Positions 19,789 through 29,656 of a stretch of 61,350 bases of DNA are shown one piece after another. The notes beneath the pieces are model-generated. The model was not told where the DNA came from. It did not search any database and saw only the letters and a program-made list of their open reading frames with translations. Source of the DNA: Atribacterota bacterium. GTDB lineage: Bacteria; Atribacterota; Phoenicimicrobiia; Phoenicimicrobiales; Phoenicimicrobiaceae. How positions within the stretch are numbered: position 1 is the first letter of the stretch; each line of letters starts with the position of its first letter. A program made the position numbers and the translations under genes. The stretch lies in the NCBI GenBank assembly GCA_038203565.1, contig JBBRDV010000003.1, forward strand, positions 1 through 61,350, read 5' to 3'.

Positions 19789-20184
19789 CTATTTTACTTT
19801 CTCCCGAATAAACTTAATTATATCATGAGTATCAGTTCCCGGGGTGAATATTCCTGCTATACCCACCTTTCTTAATTCAGGAATATCTTCTTCAGGGATT
19901 ACTCCTCCACCAATAACGACTATATCTTCAATATTATTTTCTTTTAGAAGTTCCATTATTTTGGGAAAAAGATGGGTATGAGCTCCTGATAAAATACTCA
20001 ATCCAATAACATCTACATCTTCCTGGATAGCAGTTTCCACAATCTGCTCAGGAGTCTGTCGCAATCCAGTATAAATTACTTCCATCCCAGCATCCCTTAA
20101 GGCTCTTGCTACAACCTTTGCCCCTCGGTCATGACCATCAAGCCCGGGTTTAGCTATTAATACTCTAATTTTTTTTCCTTCCAT
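19789..20184 (-). CDS. Methylmalonyl-CoA mutase B12-binding subunit
   Basis: [12 protein letters not shown] (DxHxxG) and SILSGAH motifs. Confidence 0.95.
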   Translation of the reverse strand: MEGKKIRVLIAKPGLDGHDRGAKVVARALRDAGMEVIYTGLRQTPEQIVETAIQEDVDVIGLSILSGAHTHLFPKIMELLKENNIEDIVVIGGGVIPEEDIPELRKVGIAGIFTPGTDTHDIIKFIREKVK

Positions 20185-20203
20185 TCTTTCATTCCTCCAC
20201 TTT

Positions 20204-21883
20204 TTAAAGCTTTACAGACTCTTTATATTCACCAAAGACACTTCTTAACACATCACAAATTTCACCCAATGTAGCATAAGATTTTACACAATCTAATATT
20301 AAAGGCATTAAATTTGCATCTGTTTTAGCAGCCTTTTCTAATAATTTTAAATTTTCTTTTACTTTATAGTTGTCTCTTTCCTCTTTTAACTTCTTAAGTT
20401 CCTCAATTTGCTTACGGCCAACTTCCGGATTAACCTTCAAAAGACCCTTTGGTGATCCTTCGTTTATCTTGAATTTATTAACACCTACTACTATCCTTTT
20501 ACCCTCTTCAATATCTTTCTGGTATTGATAAGCACTATTTTGGATCTCCTGCTGGATAAATCCTTTTTCAATGGCTTGAGTAACGCCACCCAATTTATCA
20601 ATTCTTTCAATATATTCTAAAGCTTGTTTCTCAATTTCATTGGTTAAGGTTTCTACATAGTAGGAACCGGCCAACGGATCAACTGTTTCTGTTACCCCAC
20701 TTTCATAAGCTAAAACTTGTTGAGTTCTAAGGGCAATCCTTACCGAATCTTCAGCAGGTAGAGCCAGAGCTTCATCTCTTGAATTTGTATGGAGAGATTG
20801 GGTGCCACCCAATACTGCCGCTAATGCCTGGATGGTAACTCGAGCAATGTTATTATCCGCTTGCTGAGCAGTTAAAGTACATCCGGCTGTCTGGGTATGA
20901 AATCTAAGCATTAAAGATTTTTCATTCTTAACTCCAAATCTTTCTTTCATGATTTTAGCCCACAACCTTCGCGCTGCTCTAAATTTTGCTACCTCCTCTA
21001 ATAAATCATTATGAGCATTAAAGAAAAAAGATAATCTTGGTGCAAAATCATCAACTTTCAATCCGATTTTTATTGCGGCATCCACATAAGCTATTCCATC
21101 TGCCAAAGTAAAAGCCACTTCTTGAACTGCTGTGGCTCCAGCTTCTCGGATATGATAGCCGCTTATACTAATGGTATTCCATAGAGGCATTTCTTTAAAA
21201 CAAAATTCAAAGATATTGGTAATTAATCTCATTGAAGGGGCTGGAGGAAAGATATAAGTTCCCCGAGCAATGTATTCTTTTAATATATCGTTTTGAATAG
21301 TCCCCTTTAGTTTATCGGGAGAAATTCCTTGTTTTTCTGCTACTGCTATGTACATGGCTAAAAGCACAGTTGCCGGAGCATTTATTGTCATTGAAGTACT
21401 TACTTTATCAAGAGGAATCCCATTAAATAACATCTCCATATCCTTTAAAGAATCTATGGCTACTCCTACTTTTCCCACTTCACCTAATGACATAGTATGA
21501 TCTGAATCATAACCAATTTGTGTGGGTAGGTCAAAAGCAACACTTAATCCGGTTTGTCCTTGATCTAATAGGTATTTATAACGCTTATTAGATTCTTCTG
21601 CTGTGCCAAAACCGGCATATTGGCGCATAGTCCAAAATCGGCCTCGATACATAGTGGGTTGTACCCCACGGGTATAAGGGTATTGCCCAGGGAAATTCAA
21701 CTCTTTGTTATAGTCAGACCCTTCTAAATTTACAGGAGTATATAGACGCTCAACCTCTTTCCCTGAACCGGTAACAAGTTTATTTTTTCTTTCAGGAAAA
21801 CGTTCAAGAGTTTTCTGTACAACATTATTTTCCCATTCTTTCTTTAATTGTTTAATTTTTTTCATTTCTTCTTTATCCAACAT
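20204..21883 (-). CDS. Methylmalonyl-CoA mutase catalytic subunit
   Basis: [10 protein letters not shown] (specificity Tyr), SGYHIREAG and [11 protein letters not shown] motifs. Confidence 0.95.
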   Translation of the reverse strand: MLDKEEMKKIKQLKKEWENNVVQKTLERFPERKNKLVTGSGKEVERLYTPVNLEGSDYNKELNFPGQYPYTRGVQPTMYRGRFWTMRQYAGFGTAEESNKRYKYLLDQGQTGLSVAFDLPTQIGYDSDHTMSLGEVGKVGVAIDSLKDMEMLFNGIPLDKVSTSMTINAPATVLLAMYIAVAEKQGISPDKLKGTIQNDILKEYIARGTYIFPPAPSMRLITNIFEFCFKEMPLWNTISISGYHIREAGATAVQEVAFTLADGIAYVDAAIKIGLKVDDFAPRLSFFFNAHNDLLEEVAKFRAARRLWAKIMKERFGVKNEKSLMLRFHTQTAGCTLTAQQADNNIARVTIQALAAVLGGTQSLHTNSRDEALALPAEDSVRIALRTQQVLAYESGVTETVDPLAGSYYVETLTNEIEKQALEYIERIDKLGGVTQAIEKGFIQQEIQNSAYQYQKDIEEGKRIVVGVNKFKINEGSPKGLLKVNPEVGRKQIEELKKLKEERDNYKVKENLKLLEKAAKTDANLMPLILDCVKSYATLGEICDVLRSVFGEYKESVKL

Positions 21884-21901
21884 CTTACACCTCTTTAATT
21901 C

Positions 21902-22091
21902 CGTATTTCGTATATCGTATTTCGTATATCGTTCAGATTTATTTGGACAAACTTCTATGTCTATCTATTTTTAAGGGTTTAATGAATAAAATCTCCGCCC
22001 AAACTCATCACATATCGTTATTTATTTCTGAATACTGGTTTCTAGCTCCCAACTACTATTCTTTTCGCGATATACGATATACGATATACGA
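21902..22091. repeat. Intergenic region bracketed by inverted CGTAT(A/T)T / ACGATAT heptamer arrays
   Basis: CGTATTTCGTATATCGTATTTCGTATATCG on the left; CGATATACGATATACGATATACG on the right. Confidence 0.7.
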
Positions 22092-22093
22092 GT

Positions 22094-22903
22094 TTAGTAT
22101 TTTAAATTATAAACAAAAATATTGATTGAAATGACATTTATGCCGGTTATATATTCTAATTCCTTTTTGAGGCTTTTTTGAATTTTTAATCCAACTTGGG
22201 GAATATTTTCCCCATATCTAAGCACTAAACTAATATTTATTAGAATACCTTCTTCTTTAATGCTGATTTGGGATTTACCCAATTTTACAACTTCTTTAAA
22301 ATCTTTAAGTGTATAAATAATTATATCTAAAATTGCATTTTCAGAAACGTACAATTTCCCATAATAACTAAAAGGCGGCCTTACTATTGCTCTCTCACCA
22401 ATTTTCCTTTTACTATATCTTTTCTTATAAAATATCTCCAATGATTCTAATATATTTACCGGGAATTTTCTTTGTATTTCAATCCCAGGCAAGGGGATAA
22501 CATGTTTCCCTTCTTTTAATCTAACGGATTTTGCTTCCTCAATTTCCTTGTCAGTGGAAATATCTCCAATCTGTAAAATTTTTTTAGGAGGTGGTAATTC
22601 TAAAGTTTTAATAATTTTGTCAATCATCCTAACCGATGTTCCAATAACCAATATTTTAGTTGGTTTAGCTTTTTTTATTACCTCTATTACTTCATGAGCA
22701 TGGGAAGTCTCCTCAAAAATAGCTGTCCTAATAGCTTGAATTCTGTTCTTATCTTTTTTTGCAGAATGTCCAGCTAATATTTTATCTTTCCTTATTAAAA
22801 GACCATCATCGATTATATAATTTATATTATATTTATGAGCAGTTAATAAGGCTTTATGACTTTTACCAGTTCCGCTCTCTCCTATTAAAGCAAATATATC
22901 CAC
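22094..22903 (-). CDS. P-loop NTPase domain fused to a C-terminal Asp23/Gls24-like domain
   Basis: N-terminal GESGTGKS and IIDDGLL; C-terminal GKLYVSENAILDII...YGENIPQVG...ITGINVISINIFV. Confidence 0.72.
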   Translation of the reverse strand: MDIFALIGESGTGKSHKALLTAHKYNINYIIDDGLLIRKDKILAGHSAKKDKNRIQAIRTAIFEETSHAHEVIEVIKKAKPTKILVIGTSVRMIDKIIKTLELPPPKKILQIGDISTDKEIEEAKSVRLKEGKHVIPLPGIEIQRKFPVNILESLEIFYKKRYSKRKIGERAIVRPPFSYYGKLYVSENAILDIIIYTLKDFKEVVKLGKSQISIKEEGILINISLVLRYGENIPQVGLKIQKSLKKELEYITGINVISINIFVYNLKY

Positions 22904-22930
22904 TTTTGATTACCTTCTCCCAGCATTTTT

Positions 22931-23283
22931 CGTATCTCGTATCTCGTATCTCGTGATGCGTATTGCGTTTGTTTCCCCCTCACTTTAACCCTCTCCGCCG
23001 AAGGGGAGAGGGAATAAAGAGGATGAATATATATTCTAAAATCTTTCTTGTAGGGGGCGGATTTATTCGCCCCGAGTTATTTGGTAATTTTTCAGGCGGG
23101 TTCGATAAATCGAACCCCTACAGCACAATATTTATTACGGGCAGACACAAGGTCTGCCCCTACTTTTCTCTCTCTTATTTTCTTAACCAGCTAACAAGGT
23201 AACTAACTATTTCTTAACGAGATACGATTTTTAGCTTCTGGCTTCTATTTTTTTCACGATATACGATATACGATATACGATAT
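22931..23283. repeat. Repeat-rich spacer: (CGTATCT)3, CCCTCTCC..GGGAGAGGG palindrome, REPIN 23050-23121, REP 23139-23163, (ACGATAT)4
   Basis: All components read directly from the sequence. Confidence 0.75.
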
Positions 23284-23284
23284 A

Positions 23285-24589
23285 CTATTTCTTAGGTTTT
23301 ACCCAACCTCTACCTTCTACTGCTTTCGCTACACGCTGAATCGCGATTAAATAAGCAGCATCACGGGTATAACATTTTTTCTCGACAGCCAAATCCGCTA
23401 CCGCGTTGAAGGCATTAGTCATAATACAATCGAGTTTTTCTAGAACTTCATCTTTGGGCCAGTAGTAATTCATATTATTCTGAACTTCTTCAAAATAAGA
23501 AACGGTTACTCCACCAGCATTACAAATGAAGTCAGGAATCATATAGACATTTTCCGCTTTTAATACTTCATCTGCTTCTAAAGTAGTAGGAGTATTGGCT
23601 GCTTCTGCATAAATCTTAACTGTATCAAAATTGATATCATTTACATTATCCTGAGTAACTGCCTGCCCTAAAGCAGCAGGTATAAGAACATTAACCTTTT
23701 TCTTTAACCAGGCATCTCCGTCTTCTTGTTTCCAGCCAAAAGATTTAGCTTTTTCTGGATCGATAGTTCCGAATTTATCCAAAGTACCTGGAGCAAGTAA
23801 GTCTTTAGGGTCAATTCCTTTTTCGCAACTGTAAGTATAGGCTTTTTTGTTTTTAGAATCCCAGCAAGATATGGCTAATGCTTTACCACCATATTGAACG
23901 AATTTTTCACAAGTATATTGAGCAACATTACCAGCACCTTGAATAGAAGCGGTAGTACCTTTAAAATCAATACCTAACCTCTTTAATGCTTCTCGAATAC
24001 AGTAAACCACACCATAACCAGTAGCTTCTGTTCTCCCCAGTGAACCACCTACTCCCACTGCTTTACCAGTAACAAAGCCGGGTTTTCTATTTCTATTAAT
24101 AGTATCATACTCGTCCATTATCCAGAGCATATCCTGAGGATTAGTGCCTACATCTGGGGCAGGAACATCTATTTCCGGACCAACTATATCATAAACTTTT
24201 CTCACCCAACCACGACAAAGTCTTTCTGTTTCTCTTTCGGACAATTTTCTGGGATCAACAATAATTCCACCTTTGCCTCCACCTAAAGGAATATCCACCA
24301 CCGCACATTTCCAGGCCATCATCATTGCTAATTGTTTTACCATATCAATGGTCTCATCTTCTGCAAAACGAAGACCACCTTTTGCTGGCCCACGAGCGGT
24401 AGAATGTTGGACTCTAAAACCGGTAAATGTTTTGGTGGTACCATTATCCATATCTATCGGAATGGTAAATTGCATAGCTCTTTCTGGCTCTCTCATAAAT
24501 TCCCGCAAAGCAGGATCAAGATTAAGTAATTCTGCATTATGATCAAATTGGGCTTGTACTAATTTAAAAGGGTTCATTTCCTTAGACAT
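23285..24589 (-). CDS. gdh: Glutamate dehydrogenase
   Basis: AKGGLRF, GGGKGG, PAPDVGT, GRTEATGYG, GAGNVA and NAGGVTVSYFE motifs; glutamate-binding Lys and Ser present. Confidence 0.92.
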   Translation of the reverse strand: MSKEMNPFKLVQAQFDHNAELLNLDPALREFMREPERAMQFTIPIDMDNGTTKTFTGFRVQHSTARGPAKGGLRFAEDETIDMVKQLAMMMAWKCAVVDIPLGGGKGGIIVDPRKLSERETERLCRGWVRKVYDIVGPEIDVPAPDVGTNPQDMLWIMDEYDTINRNRKPGFVTGKAVGVGGSLGRTEATGYGVVYCIREALKRLGIDFKGTTASIQGAGNVAQYTCEKFVQYGGKALAISCWDSKNKKAYTYSCEKGIDPKDLLAPGTLDKFGTIDPEKAKSFGWKQEDGDAWLKKKVNVLIPAALGQAVTQDNVNDINFDTVKIYAEAANTPTTLEADEVLKAENVYMIPDFICNAGGVTVSYFEEVQNNMNYYWPKDEVLEKLDCIMTNAFNAVADLAVEKKCYTRDAAYLIAIQRVAKAVEGRGWVKPKK

Positions 24590-24672
24590 TTTACAAAATC
24601 CTCCTAAATAATTTTTTTAATTCTACTTAAATATAATTCTTACTAAAACCAAAATTCTATTTTCTTTATTAT

Positions 24673-26133
24673 TTACCTTCTTATTTTGAAATTATTCTGA
24701 TTATTATTTTTCCTTAAACTACCTCCGGAATTAAGATAGTGATTAATTGCCCGAGCTGCTACTTTACCATCTCCTACTGCTGAGATTACTGTAGCCGAAC
24801 CTCTGACAATATCTCCTCCGGCAAATATCCCTTCTTTGGTAGTAGTTTTGGTGTTATCATCTATAATGAAATAACCCCACTGGTTAACCTCAACTCCGGT
24901 AGCGCTTCGAGCTACAATGGGATTAGCAGAAGTCCCGATGGCATCTATGACCATATCTACTTCGATTACAAAATTAGAAACGGGAATAGGAATAGGTCTC
25001 TTTCGACCCGAATCATCCGGTTCACCTAATTTCATCTTCAGACATTCCATTCCGCTAACATTACCCTTATCATCACCCAATACTTTAATAGGAAGAGTAA
25101 GAAAATGAAAGATAATCCCCTCTTCTTCAGCATGATGAACCTCTTCTGCCCGAGCTGGAACTTCTTTTCGGGACCTGCGATAGACGATATAGGACTTCTC
25201 TGCTCCTAACCTTAAGGCAGTACGTGCTGAATCCATGGCTACGTTTCCTGCTCCAATAGTAGCTGTCCTTTTGCCTATCTTAATCGGAGTATCATATTCT
25301 GGGAAGAGATAGGCTTTCATTAAATTAGAACGAGTTAAAAATTCATTGGCTGAATAAACATCATTTAAGTTCTCTCCGGGGATGTTCATAAACCGAGGGG
25401 CACCTGCACCATTGGCTAAGAAGATGGCATCAAATTCTTGAGTTAAGTTATCTACACTTTTAATAGTCCCTACTACAAAATCGGTTACTACTTTCACCCC
25501 TAATTTTTCAATTTCTTTTACTTCGTATTCTACTATCGATTTAGGGAGTCGAAATTCAGGAATACCATAGACTAAAACTCCTCCGGGTCGGTGTAAGGCT
25601 TCAAAGATAGTAACTTCATAACCCAATTTAGCTAAATCAGCAGCACAGGTAAGTCCGGCAGGACCAGAACCTACTATGGCTACTTTCTGTTCTCTTTTAC
25701 TAATTTTTGGTAACTTTCCGTGAATATTATTTTCGCGAGCCCAATCAGCCACAAATCGTTCTAATCGACCGATAGCTATCGGTTTTCCCTGTTTTTCTAA
25801 AATACAAACCTGCTGACACTGTTCTTCTTGAGGGCATACCCTTCCGGTTATCGCCGGAAGGTCATCAGTCTTTAATATTTCCAGATAAGCACCGGCAAAA
25901 TCTTCCTCAACAATTTTTTTAATAAATTGAGGAATATTAATCTCCGCCGGGCAGCCTGGAACACATTTAGGATTTTTACACTGCAGGCATCTTTGAGCTT
26001 CATATATTGCTTGTTCTTTAGTATAACCCAAGGGTACTTCCTTAAAGTTGTGGCTCCTCTCTTGAGGTTTTTGTTCGGGCATAGGGATCTGCTCTCTTTG
26101 CATTCTTTCTTTGGGGGGTATCATTTTAGCCAT
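24673..26133 (-). CDS. nfnB: Electron-bifurcating transhydrogenase large subunit (GltD/SudA family); start reassigned to ATG 26133
   Basis: EAQRCLQCKNPKCVPGCP, TGRVCPQE, GSGPAG and GAGNVAMD motifs; adjacent to nfnA; no glutamate synthase large subunit in the window. Confidence 0.88.
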   Translation of the reverse strand: MAKMIPPKERMQREQIPMPEQKPQERSHNFKEVPLGYTKEQAIYEAQRCLQCKNPKCVPGCPAEINIPQFIKKIVEEDFAGAYLEILKTDDLPAITGRVCPQEEQCQQVCILEKQGKPIAIGRLERFVADWARENNIHGKLPKISKREQKVAIVGSGPAGLTCAADLAKLGYEVTIFEALHRPGGVLVYGIPEFRLPKSIVEYEVKEIEKLGVKVVTDFVVGTIKSVDNLTQEFDAIFLANGAGAPRFMNIPGENLNDVYSANEFLTRSNLMKAYLFPEYDTPIKIGKRTATIGAGNVAMDSARTALRLGAEKSYIVYRRSRKEVPARAEEVHHAEEEGIIFHFLTLPIKVLGDDKGNVSGMECLKMKLGEPDDSGRKRPIPIPVSNFVIEVDMVIDAIGTSANPIVARSATGVEVNQWGYFIIDDNTKTTTKEGIFAGGDIVRGSATVISAVGDGKVAARAINHYLNSGGSLRKNNNQNNFKIRR

Positions 26134-26137
26134 TAGT

Positions 26138-26989
26138 TTACCCCCTTCCACAGCTACATAGGTGAGTAGGTTCGTGGTAGAGATCCCAGGATTTTTTCTC
26201 CGCATCTTTATAACGGGAAAGACGATTCATAAACTCTACCCAGTCTACTAATTGTCCATTAAATTCCGGTCCATCAGTACAGGCAAATTTGCTCTCTCCT
26301 CCGATGGTAACCCTGCAGGAACCACACATTCCGGTACCATCTACCATAATACTATTTAGACTGACTATAGTTTCTACCGGATAAGGTTTGGTGGTTTCAC
26401 AGGTTACCTTCATCATAATAGCCGGACCGATAGCCCATACCTTTTTAATTGATTTATCCTTATCTAACAACTCTTTTAAAACTTGAGTGACAAATCCTTT
26501 TCGTCCATAACTGCCATCATCAGTGGTGACCATCAATTTTGAGGAGGCTTTCTTAATCTCCTCTTCCATGATAATCAATTCCTTGTTTCGGGCTCCGATT
26601 ATGGAAATGACTTCGTTTCCGGCTTCTTTTAAGGCACGAGTAATCGGATGGATGCAGGCGATCCCGGTACCTCCGCCTACAGTTATTACTTTTCCATAGT
26701 TTTCAATCTCGGTCTTTTTACCTAAGGGTCCGATAAAGGAGAATAGTTTATCTCCTTCTTCCAGGGTAGAAAGTTCCTCACTGGTCTTGCCCACTATCTG
26801 AAAGACAATGCGGATTAAGCCTTTATCTCGGTCAAAATCGGCAACAGTTAAGGGGATTCGTTCTCCTTTCTCCTTAATCATTAGAATAATAAACTGTCCG
26901 GCTTGAACAGATTGGGCTACTTCTGAGGCTTCTATCCACATTGAGTAGATAATTTCATGTAATCTTTCCTTATTAATTACTTTGTACAT
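26138..26989 (-). CDS. nfnA: Electron-bifurcating transhydrogenase small subunit
   Basis: GERIPLT, GGGTGIA and MVDGTGMCGSCR...CTDGPEF [2Fe-2S] motifs. Confidence 0.9.
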   Translation of the reverse strand: MYKVINKERLHEIIYSMWIEASEVAQSVQAGQFIILMIKEKGERIPLTVADFDRDKGLIRIVFQIVGKTSEELSTLEEGDKLFSFIGPLGKKTEIENYGKVITVGGGTGIACIHPITRALKEAGNEVISIIGARNKELIIMEEEIKKASSKLMVTTDDGSYGRKGFVTQVLKELLDKDKSIKKVWAIGPAIMMKVTCETTKPYPVETIVSLNSIMVDGTGMCGSCRVTIGGESKFACTDGPEFNGQLVDWVEFMNRLSRYKDAEKKSWDLYHEPTHLCSCGRG

Positions 26990-27018
26990 TTTACCTCCTA
27001 AATTTTGCCAAAATACTA

Positions 27019-28245
27019 CTATAGGTTTGCTGAAATTTCTGCTGTATCTTTAGCAATCATTAACTCCTCGTTAGTAGGAATTACCATAACTTTTACTCTT
27101 GAATTATTATTACTTATAATGGCTTCCTTGCCATGAACTTTATTTTTCTCCGGGTCAATTTTTACTCCTAAAAATTCCAATCCTTCACATGCTTCCGCTC
27201 TGGTTTCTTTGGAATTTTCTCCAATACCCGCTGTAAAAACAATTACATCAAGTCCGCCCATAGCTGCTGCATAGGCTCCTATGTATTTTTTTATACCGTA
27301 AGTGAAGACAGATATAGTTCTTATAGCTCTTTCATCACCCTTATTTGCCCTCTCTCTTAAATCTCTCTTATCACTTGAAATTCCTTCTGATAGACCCAAG
27401 AATCCACTTTCTTTATAGATAATTTTATTAATTCCTTCAACGGTGAGTTTTTCTTTATCCATTAAAAAGGGGATGATTGCCGGATCAAGATCTCCACAAC
27501 GGGTTCCCATTATTATGCCGGCAACTGTACCAAATCCTAAACTGGTATCTAGGGAAACTCCGTTTTTTACAGCAGTAATACTTGAGCCATTCCCTAAGTG
27601 GCAAGTAATTATTTTAAGCTCTTCCAGGGATTTTTCTAAAATTTTAGCTGCTCTTTGAGCTACAAATTTATGAGAAGTTCCATGGAATCCATATCTTCTC
27701 ACTTTATACTTCTTGTAAAATTTATAAGGAATACCATAGAGATAAGCGCATTCCGGAATAGTCTGATGAAAAGCAGTATCGAATACTCCCACTTGGGGTA
27801 CTCCGGGCATTAGCTCTTTACAGACTTCTATCCCTAAAATGTTAGGCGGGTTATGTAAAGGAGCAAGTTCAATACATTCTTTTAAGGCGTCCATAACTTC
27901 ATCGGTAAGTAAAACTGAGTCAGAAAATTTTTCCCCAGCATGAACTACCCTATGGCCTACTGCTACTATTTCAGAGATATCCTTAATTACACCATAATTT
28001 GAATGAAGTAAGGCATCCATCATTAATTTAATCCCAACCCTATGGTTAGGAATATCCTGATGGGTTATAACCGGTTCCCTGCCGGAAGGATAATGATTAA
28101 TAATTGAATCAGAAATTCCAATCCTCTCCACTAACCCCTTGGCCAGAACCGACTCATCAGTCATGTCGAATAACTGATATTTTATAGATGAACTGCCGCT
28201 ATTAACCACTAAAACTTTCATTTTATTCTTAATCTCCTTTTTCAC
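27019..28245 (-). CDS. ackA: Acetate/propionate kinase family protein with a variant acyl pocket
   Basis: NSGSSSIK, HRVVH, APLHNP, FDTAFH, YGFHGTSH, CHLGNG, TAGIGEN and TNEE motifs. Confidence 0.92.
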   Translation of the reverse strand: MKKEIKNKMKVLVVNSGSSSIKYQLFDMTDESVLAKGLVERIGISDSIINHYPSGREPVITHQDIPNHRVGIKLMMDALLHSNYGVIKDISEIVAVGHRVVHAGEKFSDSVLLTDEVMDALKECIELAPLHNPPNILGIEVCKELMPGVPQVGVFDTAFHQTIPECAYLYGIPYKFYKKYKVRRYGFHGTSHKFVAQRAAKILEKSLEELKIITCHLGNGSSITAVKNGVSLDTSLGFGTVAGIIMGTRCGDLDPAIIPFLMDKEKLTVEGINKIIYKESGFLGLSEGISSDKRDLRERANKGDERAIRTISVFTYGIKKYIGAYAAAMGGLDVIVFTAGIGENSKETRAEACEGLEFLGVKIDPEKNKVHGKEAIISNNNSRVKVMVIPTNEELMIAKDTAEISANL

Positions 28246-28250
28246 AAATT

Positions 28251-28829
28251 TTAATTTATCTTATTGACTGATTTCTTATTTTTTACTTTTAAATCTTTAG
28301 CAATATCAAACCCCAAGAATAAGGCTTTCTCGTTTACTTCCTTTGCTTTAACCGGAACCCTAGAACACACTGCCTTTTGAATAGCTTCTTGGGAAACCAC
28401 TTCAGTTAACCCTACAATTATACCCAAAGAAATAATATTGGTAACTAATTTCGTTCCACATTTTTTTTGAGCGGTTTCAGCAATAGGAAATAAATATATT
28501 TTATTTGAGATATTAGGAATCTCTGTTACTAATGTAGAATCAGCAACCAGGATACCGTCTTTATTTAGATTTTTGACATATTTATCGCAAGCAGTCTGAG
28601 TTAGAGCTAAAAGGATATCTGATTTTATCACTTTAGGATAATCTATAGCACTATTACTTATAACTACTTCTGATCTACTGGCTCCTCCTCGGGCTTCGGG
28701 TCCGTAAGACTGGGTTTGAACCGCTTCTTTTCCATCATATATGCCGGCTGCTTCGGCTAAAATTATTCCAGCCAAAATTAGCCCCTGGCCTCCGGAACCA
28801 CTTAAACACATTTCGATTCTTTCTTTCAT
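28251..28829 (-). CDS. korC: 2-oxoacid (likely 2-oxoglutarate):ferredoxin oxidoreductase gamma subunit
   Basis: GSGGQG and QSYGPEARGGASRSEV motifs. Confidence 0.9.
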   Translation of the reverse strand: MKERIEMCLSGSGGQGLILAGIILAEAAGIYDGKEAVQTQSYGPEARGGASRSEVVISNSAIDYPKVIKSDILLALTQTACDKYVKNLNKDGILVADSTLVTEIPNISNKIYLFPIAETAQKKCGTKLVTNIISLGIIVGLTEVVSQEAIQKAVCSRVPVKAKEVNEKALFLGFDIAKDLKVKNKKSVNKIN

Positions 28830-29656
28830 TACTTATTAACTCCCCTTTCCTGAGCCTTTTTGATAATCTCTTCATATAGTTCAGTATAGTCTGGTCTATC
28901 TTTGTTTAAAAACTCGCCTACAGCATATTTTTCCTTTTTTTCACCAGGGGAAAGCCCTTCCCATATTTTTTTAGAAACAGTTATATCTTTTATCCACTTT
29001 AACATATCTACCGGTGATTTCATTTTATTCATTCTACCATAAGATACGGGGCAATCAGATATTATTTCTACTACTGAAAACCCTTTTTTGTCTAAAGCCT
29101 TTTTTATTAAAGAGATTAATTGCCGAACATTGTAAACCGTTCCTCGAGCCACATAACTTGCACCCGCTGCAATCGCCAGTTCAACCAAATCAAAAGATTG
29201 GTCAATATTCCCATAAGGAGCAGTAGAACCAAACTTTCCAGTTGGAGTAAGGGGCGAATATTGACCTCCGGTCATTCCATAAATCATATTATTAATAATT
29301 ATAGCGGTTAAATCGATATTACGCCGTGCTGCGTGGATAAAATGGTTTCCACCAATTGCTGAACAATCGCCATCTCCCATAACTACAATTACCTTTAAAT
29401 CAGGATTAGCCATTTTTATGCCAGTAGCAAAAGGCAAAGCTCTTCCGTGGGTGGTATTCATAGTACAAAAATCTACATATTCGGTAATTCGGCTGGAGCA
29501 GCCTATACCAGAAACCGCTACAATTTCATCTTTATCCCAACTTAAATCATCTATAGCTCTTATTATAGCTCCTAATACAATGCCATTTCCGCATCCCGGA
29601 CACCACATATTGGGAAACATCTCTTTTCTAATATACTCATCAATTACTGTCTTCAT
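28829..29656 (-). CDS. korB: 2-oxoacid:ferredoxin oxidoreductase beta subunit
   Basis: WCPGCG, SGIGCS, HGRA, GDGD and YGMTGGQ motifs. Confidence 0.92.
   Translation of the reverse strand: MKTVIDEYIRKEMFPNMWCPGCGNGIVLGAIIRAIDDLSWDKDEIVAVSGIGCSSRITEYVDFCTMNTTHGRALPFATGIKMANPDLKVIVVMGDGDCSAIGGNHFIHAARRNIDLTAIIINNMIYGMTGGQYSPLTPTGKFGSTAPYGNIDQSFDLVELAIAAGASYVARGTVYNVRQLISLIKKALDKKGFSVVEIISDCPVSYGRMNKMKSPVDMLKWIKDITVSKKIWEGLSPGEKKEKYAVGEFLNKDRPDYTELYEEIIKKAQERGVNK

Noticed and set aside
20204-21883. Isobutyryl-CoA or other acyl-CoA mutase
   Set aside because: The specificity position is Tyr (RQYAG), as in methylmalonyl-CoA mutase, and epimerase and mmd genes are adjacent.
21884-22093. Cobalamin riboswitch upstream of the mutase
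   Set aside because: No B12-box or GGGAA/GCCACTG core is visible; the region holds only heptamer arrays and AT-rich DNA.
16529-23163. Palindromic repeats as a CRISPR array
   Set aside because: Copies are dispersed, with no regular repeat-spacer periodicity and no cas genes; they fit GTAG REP/REPINs.
22963-23202. 79-aa plus-strand ORF in the gdh downstream spacer
   Set aside because: It is composed entirely of REP and palindromic repeat sequence and has no SD or protein features.
24673-26133. Glutamate synthase small subunit (GltD) call
   Set aside because: No large subunit is present, and the adjacent gene is an NfnA-type FAD/[2Fe-2S] protein, so NfnAB is the better reading.
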